Source: Mobula hypostoma (lineage: Eukaryota). Taken from it: a DNA stretch of 64,000 bases. This document shows, one piece after another, positions 52,736 through 64,000 of the stretch. The stretch covers positions 107,820,001 through 107,884,000 of the forward strand of contig NC_086097.1 of NCBI RefSeq assembly GCF_963921235.1, in the 5' to 3' direction. The translations under genes were made by a program, and so were the position numbers. The number at the start of each line of letters is the position of its first letter. The first letter of the stretch is position 1. Under the pieces are notes generated by a model, which saw nothing but the letters and a program-made list of their open reading frames with translations, was not told the DNA's origin and ran no database searches.

Positions 52736-53533
52736 CTACAGAGCAGAAAGTAATTGGTAAAATGCTTAAATAATCTTATGAAAATTCACAACACAGGTAC
52801 TGCCCCCCACCTTGACTGCTTGGTGCAGGCATGCTCAAAGATGCAAATTTCCCCTCATAAACAATGATGCAAACTAATCAAAACAAGCACTTTGTTCAGT
52901 TTTGCTCTCCTTCAACTCTCTTTCATCAGCACACCATAAACACAAGAGATTCGGCAGATACTGGAAAGGCAGAGAAACACACACAAATTACTGGAGGAAC
53001 TCAGCAGGTCAGGCAGCATCTATGGAGAGAAGTAAAGAGTCAACATTTTGGGCTGAGACCCTCCAGCATTTTCTGGGTACTGCTCTTTCATCAGCACTGG
53101 TTCCCAACAGGTTTGAACATTTATGTTACATTTTGGTTCACATATATCCCAATCTATTGTAGGCATAATGCTGAAACTTGAGAAATCAGTTTTTTGTACT
53201 ATTTATTGGAAGGGTAAGTTAGCTTTTTTGAGACCCCTTTTAATATTTGTGTATATACATACTGTCAACAGAACTGGGAATGTCAAACATCAGCTTTATG
53301 GTGAAAAGGAGATGGCGAGGTTGAACAGTACAAATGGAATATCTCTGAAAAGGTGAGACCAGGTTCTGGAGGTGATCCCATTGCTTACGGATCTATCAGG
53401 CTGATAGATTAATGAGGATATTGAGAAAATAAAAAAAGGAACTTGTTAAAGCTGTGAAACACCAGTCACATTTATGGTAGAAAACTGAAACCAGAAGGTG
53501 GCTGGAAAATACCCAGGAACAATCACTGTAGAG

Positions 53534-53614
53534 CAGGGGTTCCCAATGTGAGGTCCACGGACCCCCCAGTTAATGATAGGGGTCCATGGCATAAAAAAAA
53601 GATGGGAACCCCTG
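53534..53614. mobile_element. hAT-type MITE, 81 bp
   Basis: TIRs CAGGGGTTCCCA and TGGGAACCCCTG; 8 bp flanks CTGTAGAG and GGGTAGAG (6/8 match). Confidence 0.8.
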
Positions 53615-53903
53615 GGGTAGAGAGATAACTATGTTAATGTTAGATATGGATAACATTATTTACCAATCATGACCTGATGACTGTTTCCAGAATTTTCTGC
53701 TTTTGTGTGCTCTCCTGTTTTATAGAAAAGAACGTTTCAGACTTTTCCAGTCAATGAGACCACTCTTGTGCAGTTCCCTCATAGTTATCCAAGAATTATG
53801 AAAGTATCTAAGCAATGACTTCACTAGCTTGTCCATCATCCCAGGCAGTGCATAAGGATCTATGTTTGCCCATTTTCTCTTCCTCACTTACATGCTTTAA
53901 CTT

Positions 53904-54362
53904 AACATAGAAAACCTAAGCACAACACAGGCCCTTCAGCCCACAAGGTTGTGCTGAACATGTCCCTACCTTAGAAATTACTAGGGTTACCCATGGCCCT
54001 CTATTTTTCTAAGTTCCATGTACCTATCCAAAAGTCCCTATCGTATCCGCCTCCACCACCGTTGCCGGCAGCCCATTCCATGCACTCACCACTCTCTGCG
54101 TAAAAAACTTACCCCTGACATCTCCTCGGTACCTACTCCCCAGCACCTTAAACCTGTGTCCTCTTGTGGCAACCATTTCAGCCCTGAGAAAAAGCCTTCA
54201 ATGCCTCTCATCATCTTATACACCTCTATCAGGTCACCTCTCATCCTCTGTCGCTCCAAGGAGAAAAGGCTGAGTTCATTCAACCTGTTTTCATAAGGCA
54301 TGCTCCCCAATCCAGAAAACATCCTTGTAAATCTCCTCTGCACCCTTTCTATGGTTTCCACT
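53904..54362 (-). mobile_element. CR1 subfamily D 3' fragment
   Basis: ORF 54086..54361 IERVQRRFTRM...RGDLIEVYK. Confidence 0.9.
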
Positions 54363-54384
54363 TGGTCCTGTTAACAAAAGAACA

Positions 54385-54967
54385 GCAAACACGAGGAAAT
54401 CTGCAGATGCTGGAAATCCAAGCAACACACACAAAAAATGCTGGTGAACGCAACAGGCCAGGCAGCATCTACAGAAAGAGGTACAGTCGACGTTTCCGGC
54501 CGAGACCCTTCGTCAGGACCAACTGAAAGAAGAGATAGTAAGAGATTTGGAAGTGGGAGGGGGAGGGGAGATCCGAAATGATAGGAGAAGACAGGAGGGG
54601 GAAGGATGGAGCTAAGAGCTGGAATGTTGATTAGCAAAAGGGATACGAGGCTGGAGAAGGGAGAGGATCATGGGACGGGAGGCATAAGGAGAAAGAAAGG
54701 GGGAGGGGAGCCCACTATAGTGAGAGGGACAGAGGGAGAAAAGAGAGAGAGAGAGAAAAAAGGGGGGGGGTAAATAAATAAATATGGGATGGGGTACAAA
54801 GGGGAGGTGAGGCATTAACAGAAGTTCATGCCATCAAGTTGGAGGCTACCCAGACGGAATATAAGGTGTTGTTCCTCCAACCTGAGTGTGGCTTCATCTT
54901 TACAGTAGAGGAGGCCGTGGATAGACATATCAGAATGGGAATGGGATGTGGAATTAAAATGTGTGGC
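54385..54967 (-). mobile_element. Penelope-like 3' fragment with hammerhead motif at 54485-54520
   Basis: Closely similar to 22286-22890; minus strand GGTC CTGACGA A GGGTCTCGGCCG GAAAC GTC GACT. Confidence 0.88.
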
Positions 54968-55062
54968 ATTTTATAGAATCAGTTTCATACATAAACCTAT
55001 GAAGCCACTCCATTGCATTTAATTCCCAGATCATCTACCAACAGGCAGGTGTTCTGCCTTAC

Positions 55063-55106
55063 TTTGGGAACAGGAAGGAACGTCTGTCTCAGGCAGATAT
55101 AGGTAC
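55063..55106 (-). CDS. Candidate host exon (xTYICLRQTFLPVPK), 44 nt
   Basis: Acceptor ttgttcttcaaatacag, donor gtaagg; frame chosen to match the next exon. Confidence 0.4.
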
Positions 55107-55214
55107 CTGTATTTGAAGAACAATACAAATATGTTTTGCTCTTCCACAAATCTATTTCTCTATCACTTCTCTGTTCCATTTCCACATCTCAGTGACAGAT
55201 CTGCTCTTTGAAGG

Positions 55215-55712
55215 TAGAACATTAGAAAGTTTTTGACAAGAACAGGCCATTCGGCCCAACAAAGCTTGCCGATTCCTCTTCACACAGTGTGTTGAAATAA
55301 CTATCAAGTTTAGATTTGGAAGAGTCCAAGGTCCTACTCACAACTACACAACAAGGTAGTTTGTTCCATGTGTCCACAACTCGCTGTGTAAAGAAATGCT
55401 TCCTGATGTTAGTCTGAAATCTCTCCTTAACCACTCTCCACCTACGGCCCCATATCCTTGATGATGGATTAATTTTGAAGTAGCAGCAGGCATCCACCTT
55501 ACTTGTCCCCTTAATGGTGCTAAACACTTCGATCATGTTCCCTCTCATTCTACATCTACTTAGGCTAAAAAGATTTAATTCTTTCAATCTTCCTTCATAG
55601 CTCATACCCTGCAGACCTGGAATGAGTCTAGTCACTCCTCTTTGAACTCTCCTCAGTATCTTCACATCCCTCACAAAATATGGAGACCAAAATTGTACTC
55701 AGTACTCAAGGT
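55215..55712 (-). mobile_element. CR1 3' fragment, divergent subfamily
   Basis: ORF 55222..55674 RRVQRGVTRLIPGL...FFTQRVVDTWNKLP. Confidence 0.9.
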
Positions 55713-56889
55713 TTGGCTTAGTCTGTGCTCCAAAAAATACACAGAGAAGTTGGCCTCTGTTTATCTGAATCTGTGCCATTCAACTAAACTGTCCTGTCCT
55801 GTGTTGAAGGAACTACTGGACTATCTTCATTTCAACCTGCTTATCTTTCCCATTGCAGTCCAGTGGAGTGCTTTGTTTCAGGCAGACCAAGAGTGTGCCA
55901 GCTGAGAGGGGTTTCTGCGAGACAAACAGAAAAGAGCATCTTGCTCACTAATCAGTACTTACTTCTGAATATTGATGGGGAAGGGATTTCCAGATAGAAG
56001 TACAGCCAGAGCCAAGCCAAAGTGGGGATCAAACTGAGTGGACTCAGAAATTCTGGAGGGGTGAGCAGACAAAGGCTATTGTCAATAACAATGTGAACAC
56101 CAAACACAGAAAACAAGATGAAGTCCTGTCTGCAGATTGATAGAGAGTTAGCTAAGAAGCAGGACCTCAAAGATAGTAATCTCCAGATGATTCCCAGTGT
56201 CAGGTGCCAGTGACCCCAGAGAGCAGAGGATGCATGGCTGGAGAAGGGATACAGGATTAGATTTTTGTGGCATTAGACCCGTTTTGAGGAAGACAGAACA
56301 TGTACAGCCAAAATGGATTGTATTCAACAAGGCCAGGAAGAGGCAGCTTGCTGGTACTGCCTGGGAGAGTTGAAAGTAACTTGGCAGGGGTTGAAAAGCT
56401 GAGCAAGGTTCAGTAAGTAAAAGCAGAACTAGAAATAAAAAGTAGAAAATTAATGAGAGGATGGAATGCAGAGATTAGAAGGTAGACAACAATGGACCGC
56501 TCCCTGCTCTGAATGGTCTACCCCTAAATGCAAGGAATATGAAAAGTGGTATAAAGTATTGGTTGATATGTGGAGTATATGATAGATATTATGGAAATGT
56601 GGTTTAAGAAGGAACAGAAATGAGTTATGAGAAAAGATCATCAAAAGAAGCTGAATGGATTATACTGAAGGGCAAAATAGGATCAAATTAACAGTGTACT
56701 ATCAACCTCCAAAAAGTAAGGCAGAGGCAAAAAGTTAACTTTCAGGCAAATTTTGGACCAAGGCACAAGTATCAAGGCAGTAATTCTGGGAGATTTTACT
56801 TACCAGAATATTAACTGAGATACAGTCAGTGTAGAAATGTATAGTGGGCCCAGAATTCATAAATTGAATTCAGAATAACACGTGGAACC

Positions 56890-58594
56890 AGTATAAAGAG
56901 AGGATTCTGGTTAACTGAGCCATCAGTTAAATGGGGCTTCTGCTTGTTTGGGACAAATCTTAAAGAACAAAAACTAGTCAAGAAAATAGCTGGGATTCTC
57001 TTTGTTTATTTCAGACACTCTGCCACTTAACTGGAGCAAGAGATTGTTGCCGAACAGTTTCTAACTAGCGTTAGTCACATGCACTTGCATGGCTATTAGA
57101 TGCTATACTGTGCTGAGTGTGAACAGTTTGTATACAGCATCAGTTGCATGTGTTTTTGTTCAAAAAGCAGCGATTTTTGTCACTGATAGTTATCAAGAAA
57201 TAAGCAGTAAGACAATTCAGAACTGTTTTGATCACTGAAGTTTCAAGCATTCAGCCTTGGAGATGACAGAAACTGCAAGGAATATGAAAAGCGGTATAAA
57301 GTATTGGTTGATATGTGGAGTATATGATAGATATTATGGAAATGTGGTTTAAGAAGGAACAGAAATGAGTTATGAGAAAAGATCATCAAAAGAAACCGAA
57401 TGGATTATACTGAAGGGCAAAATAGGATCAAATTAGCAGTGTACTATCAACCTCCAAAAAGTAAGGCAGAGGCAAAAAGCTAACTTTCAGGCAAATTCAG
57501 GCTGAGAATTTAATGAAACGATTTCACTACTTCAACAAGTTAGAGACATTGAAGAATTTGAAGATATCAACAATCACCTTGTATGTTACAATGAAAATGA
57601 AGATTTGGAGAATGCAATCATCAACAGCATTGTATGAAGGAAGTCCACTGTCTACACTAAGTGTGCTGATTTTGTTCATTTACAGTCAAAAGAACACGGT
57701 AAGGACAAATTCCTCCATCCATAAGTATTAGGAACTAATACACAAGTTTTATAATACTCCAGTAGTATTGGAAGTGTTCTAATTTGTTCTATATTTCATT
57801 TAAATACATAGTTTATTACAGTTTGTAATTTTTATACCATTTTGGAGGAAAAGACAGCGGCGCGACACAGCTTGCACGGCCACTCCGGTGAATGATATCT
57901 ATAATCTGTCAAGTAGGGTGCCGTGCACAATTCTGATTTGATGGAGATAGACGTGAGAGGACAGAGGAACATCTGGAGAAACCTCTGAAATGCCTTTTTC
58001 GCTGCTGTTGTTACCGTGTGATCCAGAATCTCCGGAGGGGAAGGCCCCGAATCCTTGGCTTTGCTTGTTGCATGGTGGCCGGGACAGGGTCGAAGCGCTC
58101 GGCAGAAATGGTGCTCGGTGTTGAAGGGCTAGTCGGAGGCTCGAAGTTTTCGGACGGATTCAGGGTCGGCTGTGGTCAGGTACTTCCAATGCATCGACAG
58201 TTGTCAGTGCCTGGAGGTTTATGGCAGAGAGAGTTTCTGCCTTCTGCCGCCTGCCATCGGGGACTATCGGGAGTCAATCAGAACTTTGAGAATTTTTTTA
58301 CCGTTCCCATGGTCTGCTCTTTATCAAATTACGGCATTGCTTTGCACTGCTGTAACTATATGTTATAATTATGTGGTCTTGTCAGTGTTAGTCTTTGGTT
58401 TGTCGTGTGATATCACTCTGGAGGAACATTGCATCATTTCTTAATGCATGTATGCATTTCTAAATGACAATAAACGAGGACTGAGTGTCCTCATAATCTA
58501 ACCTAATCTAATTTCATGAACTCTGGCTAATTGCGACAGCCACTTAATTGTGCCAAGATGTGCTGGTCCCAGTGTGGTCAATTAAAACCAGAAT
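56890..58594 (+). mobile_element. Tigger-type element (family of 19650-20102) with two internal insertions
   Basis: GGATTCTGGTTAA near the left end and AAACCAGAATC near the right end; inserts at 57274-57497 and ~57845-58512 (the latter ends AATAAA then (CTAAT)n). Confidence 0.6.
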
Positions 58595-58751
58595 CTGTCC
58601 TCACTGTTTGGAATTATGTGTTTTGTTTGACGGAAAGCGTATCAGTAGAGAGCTCCTTCATTCTGTTGCTCATTATTATGTTAGCTTAACACAGATATAG
58701 AAACTGACAGAAACAAAACAGGATCCTAAATTACAAGTTGGGATATGTCCA

Positions 58752-59285
58752 ATCTTCTTCTTGTTCTTCTCCATCTTGTTTTACAGTGGTTGGCACCCAG
58801 CTTAATGGCGTATTTCTGCCAGCTCCTGCTCCGGAGTGTGCAATAGACTTACATTCTAAATCCCTTCACCCAATCACACACACACATACCCTAACCTACA
58901 CTTTATCCTCCCACCTTTGGCCGTCCTAGTACCCTATTCCAGCGTATCCATCATATCCTATAAAAAACCCCTGTACCCCTTAAGAAAGCTAAAAATACCC
59001 TGACCTGTGCTCTCTCACCCATGCCCAGCAACCCTTTTAATGTGAATTCCTGCATCCCCAATTCCCTTAGATTAATTCTCATCATCTCTCTCTGTATCCC
59101 ATGCTTCCTGCAACTCAGAACTACATGTTCTCCTGACTTCTCTTCCTTACATTCCTCACACAATCCTGTCTGGTGTTTCCCTACCATTTTCAATATTTTG
59201 TTTAATGCACAGTGCCCCAGCCTTAACCTAGTCCACACAATTTCCTCTCTTCTGTATCCACTACCTACCCTAGTACCTATCCTTT
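58752..59285 (-). mobile_element. I-group (Nimb-like) LINE 3' end
   Basis: ORF 58951..59238 TRLRLGH...CEEC...EHVVLSC C-terminal CCHC region; GAA-rich tail at ~58753-58771. Confidence 0.75.
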
Positions 59286-59289
59286 CTAG

Positions 59290-60180
59290 TCAAAGGATAC
59301 AGTAGGTTATAGCTCAGTTGGAGGTACGGGTGGAGAAATGGCACAAAGAGCTTTAAACTGGACAAGTGTGAGCTGTTGCAGTTTGGGATGTTAAAAGACA
59401 GGACCTTTTGCTGCACTGATGTATAGGAGTGCAAGTTCATAGGTCCCTGAAAGCGGCCAAACAAGTAGATGAAAAAGTGTGATGCACTTGCCTCTGTCAA
59501 TTGGAGATCGAGTTTAGGAATTAGCATGTCATGTTGCAGCTCTTTGGTTAGACCACAGTCGAGTTTAGGAATTAGCATGTCATATTGCAGCTCTTTGGTT
59601 AGACCACAGTCGAGTTTAGGAATTCGCATGTCATATTGCAGCTCTATAAAACTTTGGTTAGGAATTAGCATGTCATATTGCAGCTCTTTGGTTAGACCAC
59701 ATTTGGAGGACTGTGTACAGATATGGTAACCGCATAGAGGGAAGGGTGCAATAGAAGTTCAATGGGGGTGCTGTCTGAATTAGAGTATTAGCTATGAGGA
59801 GAGGTTAGAAAAAGCCTTGGATTGTTTACTCTAGAACATCAGAGCCTGAGGGGTTATCTGATAGATATTTACAAAATTATGAAAAGCATAGACAGGATAT
59901 GTAGCTAGTCTTTTTCCCAGAGAGGTAATGTGAAATACTTACATTGTTTTAAAGGTTAAAGTTTAAAGTAGATTTGAAAAACAAGTCTTTCTTTCACACA
60001 GAGAGTGAGTGATAAGTGTCTAGTACTGAGAGGAGAGGTGTGGAAGCAGATACTGCAGCAACGTTTGAGAAGCATGCAGATAGACACATGAATATGAAGG
60101 GAACTCAGAGAATCAGGCCGTGCGCAGGCAGATGGTCAACAGAGACACCATGGGGTAAAGGGCTCTTTACATGTTCTAGA
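59290..60180 (+). mobile_element. Old CR1 3' region with internal ~51 bp tandem amplification (59508-59700)
   Basis: LVRPHLEDCVQIW motif; repeated TTAGGAATTAGCATGTCATATTGCAGCTCTTTGGTTAGACCAC. Confidence 0.75.
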
Positions 60181-60774
60181 AAAGCCTGGATGGAATTATA
60201 CAGAATAGTCACAGAATTAAAAGGGGAAGCAGAACAGCAGAGAGAGCACATGAGAAAATAAGGTTCAGCAAAACCACTGAAAACCCAAATATGTTTAGTA
60301 AATACAAGAGCAAGAGAATAACAAAACTATGAACTAGTACATATTTGGTACCAAGAATATAAATTAATGTGGTTAGGACTTTTAATAATTATTTTGCAGC
60401 CACTTTATCAAAAGCAGGGGAAAAAAGCTGATGTTGAAGTGGACCTTTGCAAAGTATTAGCTGAGATATCATACTAAAGGAGCATCCCATATTTCAGCAT
60501 CTTTTAAACTGGATAAGGAAGTTTTGGACTGCGGGATGCAAATCGTATGGTCAGTTGGCAGAAAAGCAGTAAGTATGATTTAATGCAGAGAAAACGTGAG
60601 GCAATTCATTTGGAGAAGTGCAGGAAGGGAAGAGAATATGAAATAAATGGGAAGACACTAAGAAAACTGGAGGAACAGAGGGACCGCTTTTACTGACTTT
60701 AATACAACCACAGACCATTTAAGGGAGTAGTACAGGTAGAAAAGATAGTAAAAAAAATATATAAAATACTTTCT

Positions 60775-61958
60775 CTTTACCCTTTCCAATGCTTCCACAT
60801 CCTTCCGATAGTGAGGTGACTAGAACTGGACACAGTACTCCAAGTGTGGCCTAACCAGAGTTTTACAGAGCTGCATCATTACCCCTCGACCCTTAAACTC
60901 TGTCCCTCGACTTATGAAAGTTAACACTCCATAAGCTTTCTTAACTACCCTATCCACCTGTGAGGCAACTTTCAGGGATCTGTGGACACGTACCTCCAGA
61001 TCCCTCTGCTCCTCCACACTACCAAGTATCCTGCCATTTACTTTGTACTCTGCCTTGGAGTTGGTCCTTCCAAAGTGTACCACCTCACACTTCTCCGGGT
61101 TGAACTCCATCTGCCACTTCTCAGCCCACTTCTGCAACCAATCAAAGTCTCTCTGCAATCTTCGACAATCCTCTACACTATCTACAACACCACCAACCTT
61201 GGTGTCGTCTGCAAACTTGCCAACCCACCCTTCTATCCCCACATCCAGGTCGTTAATAAAAATCACAAAAAGTAGAGGTCCCAGAACCAATCCTTGAGGG
61301 ACACCACTAGTCACAACCCTTCAATCTGAATGTACTCCCTCCACCACGACCCTCTGCTTTCTGCAGGCAAGCCAATTCTGAATCCACCTGGCCAATCTTC
61401 CCTGGATCCCAAGCCTTCTGACTTTCTGAATAAGCCTACCGTGTGGAACCTTGTCAAATGCCTTACTAAAATCCATGTAGATCACATCCACTGCACTACC
61501 CTCATCTATATGCCTGGTCACCTCCTCAAAGTACTCTATCAGAGTATGCATTATGATCAGAGATTAGGGGAGCTAGGGCTTTACTCTTTGGAGAGAAGGA
61601 GGATGAGAGGAGACATGATAGAGGTATACATGATATTAAGAGGAATAGATAGAGTGGATAGCCAGCGCTTCTTCCCCAGGGCACCACTGCTCAATACCAG
61701 AGGACATGGCTTTAAGGTAAGGGGTGGCAAGTTCAAGGGGGATATTAGAGGATGGTTTTTTACTCAGAGAGTGGTTGGTGCGTGGAATGCACTGCCTGAG
61801 TCAGTGGTGGAGGCAAATACACTAGTGAAATTTAAGAGACTACTCGACAGGTATATGGAGGAAATTAAGGTGGGGGGTTATATGAGAGGCAGGGTTTAAG
61901 GATTAGCATCATATTGTGGGCCGAAGGGCCTGTACTGTGCTGAACTGTTCTATGTTCT
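60775..61958 (+). mobile_element. CR1 subfamily C insertion with inverted 5' segment (60775-~61541 minus, ~61541-61958 plus)
   Basis: Both parts closely match 4284-5510; ORFs 60820..61314 (minus) and 61330..61899 (plus, CR1 from SMHYDQRL). Confidence 0.92.
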
Positions 61959-62205
61959 ATACTTCCCTTTATCAACCAAGACAAAGAATACAAGATGCAG
62001 CCTTGCCTGCTGAGTTCCTCCAGCATTTTGTGTGTTGCTCAAGATCAGAGAGGTTATGTATACAACACTGGTTAGATCATAGCTTGAATATTGTGTAAAG
62101 TACATCAGAGGAAAGATGTAATTGAACAAAAGATGACGCAGATATTTACAAAGGTGTTGCTAGTATGGAAATATAGTAGCCATGAAGTGAGGTCAGAAAG
62201 CTCAA

Positions 62206-62463
62206 ACACGAGGAATTCTGCAGATGCTGGAAATTCAAGCAACACACATCAAAGTTGCTGGTGAACGCAGCAGGCCAGGCAGCATCTCTAGGAAGAGGTA
62301 CAGTCGACATTTTGGGCCGAGACCCTTCGTCAGGACTAACTGAAAGAAGAGTGAGTAAGAGATCTCTTACTAACTCTTCCTTCAGTTAGTCCTGACGAAG
62401 GGTCTCGGCCCGAAACGTCGACTGTACCTCTTCTTAGAGATGCTGCCTGGCCTGCTGCGTTCA
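62206..62463. mobile_element. Palindromic mini-PLE insertion (hammerheads at 62302-62337 minus and 62388-62423 plus)
   Basis: Loopless centre GTAAGAGATCTCTTAC; TSD TCAGAAAGCTCAA at 62193-62205 and 62464-62476. Confidence 0.88.
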
Positions 62464-62639
62464 TCAGAAAGCTCAAGTTGTTTTCCTTTGAAAGGGAAGG
62501 CAGACAAAAGACTAAAGTGTGATACATAAAGGCATGTTTGGCAGGAGTATGGTAACCAGAAAGTGGAGGGATGGAGAGGAAGGTAGATGTCATAGCCAGT
62601 AAAAACAGGCAGGAACAAAATATTAGATATAATAGGACA

Positions 62640-64000
62640 GATAGTTTGAAATGTGTATATTTTAATGCTAGGTGTAAAATGGATAAAGGTGATGATCTTA
62701 GAACATGGATCAGTACATGGAACTATGATGTGTAGCCATTCCAGAGACTTGTTTGAGAGGGGAACACAAAGAGGTGCTTAATGCCCCAGGGTTTCGATGT
62801 TTCAGTAAAGATAAAGGGAGAAATGGGGGGGGGGGGGAGAGAGTTACACTACCAATTTGGGACAATATCATAGCTGCACTCCCTGGGGAAATAATGGAGG
62901 GCTCATCACTGAGTCTATATGGGTAAAAATAGGAAGGGTGCAATCACTCTGATGGGACTGTAATACTGACCCCATGAGTCGCCAGGACATTTAGGAACAG
63001 ACATGCAGGTAGATTAAGGAAAGGTGTAAAATCAATAGGGTTGTTGTCATGGGGGACTTCAACTTTCCTAATAGAAACTGGGACCTTCTTAGTACAAGAG
63101 GTTTAGATTGAGCAGAATTGGTTAGGTGCATCCAGGAGGGTTACTTAAATCAATATGTGGATAGTCTAACAGGAGGAGGGGCTGGGTAATGAGCCTGGCC
63201 AGGTGATTGGGTGAGTAGTTAGGGAATAGTCAGCAAAGCTCCTTAAGCATTAGGATAGCTATAGATGAGGATAAGTATGGACCTGGCAGGAGAGTTTTTA
63301 AATTGGAGCAGGGCAAATTATGAGAGCATCAGGTGCGAACTAGGAGAGTTATTTGGAAACAAGTATTTTTGTGCAAGTCCACATCTGCCATGTGTTGGAT
63401 GTTTAAAGACCAACTGCACAGAGTACAGGACAGGTACATTCCAGTCAGAAGGAAGGACAAGGATGGCAAGGTCAGAGAACCTTGGATGTTGAGAGAGGTG
63501 AAGAATTTAGTTAATTTAATTAAGTTTAGGAAGCTAGAATCAAACAAAGCCCTTGAGCATTATCAAGATTGCCAGAAAAGAACTCAAGAAGGGAATTAGG
63601 AAAGCCAAAAAGGGCCATGAAAGGTCCTTGGCGGGTAAGATTAAAGGGAATCCCAGGGTGTTCTATACATACATCAAGAGCAAGAGGATAACTGTGGAGA
63701 GGATATGACCACTCAACGATTAAAGGGGGAACTCAGTGCAGAGGGTATGGGTTAATAAGACGTGACCTGCCCAAACAAACCCATGCTAGCTCATCAGTAT
63801 TTCCCAAAGAGGAGAACATGAAATATGGGGAGATCAATGCTGGGTGTAATGATATGTCAGGGCATTTTGAAGTAAAGGAGGAGATAGTGTTGGATCTCTT
63901 AGAGAGCATTAAGTTGGATAAGACCCCAGGGCCTGATGGGATATACCCCCGGTTATTGAGAGAGACAAGTGAAGAGATTCTTGGGGCTTAACCTATATCT
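62640..64000 (+). mobile_element. Old CR1 ORF2 5' half (endonuclease and linker), runs off the window
   Basis: LKCVYFNAR at ~62646, GDFNFP at ~63052, DKTPGPDGIYPRLLRE near the end. Confidence 0.88.

Overview
Eukaryotic, repeat-dominated DNA with no prokaryotic genes, rRNA, tRNA or CRISPR. The repeat mix (many CR1 LINE subfamilies, GIY-YIG Penelope-like elements (PLEs), tRNA-derived SINEs, Tigger/hAT/Harbinger/Tc1 DNA elements) suggests a vertebrate, most plausibly a cartilaginous fish (inference). Almost all long ORFs are broken CR1 or PLE reading frames. Three things stand out. (1) The PLE terminal repeat carries a minimal hammerhead ribozyme motif (AGTC-CTGANGA-A-stem II-GAAAC-GTC-GACT), found in about 7 recognisable and several decayed copies. 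(2) Three independent PLE insertions share an inverted-terminus layout with 11-17 bp target-site duplications (TSDs); two are only ~260 bp palindromes of the ribozyme-bearing end. (3) A chain of 11 short GT-AG exon candidates on the minus strand (55106 to 2226) joins in phase into a ~213 aa fragment of a host gene I cannot name. Exon calls were made by eye and are provisional. Boundaries of old repeats are approximate.
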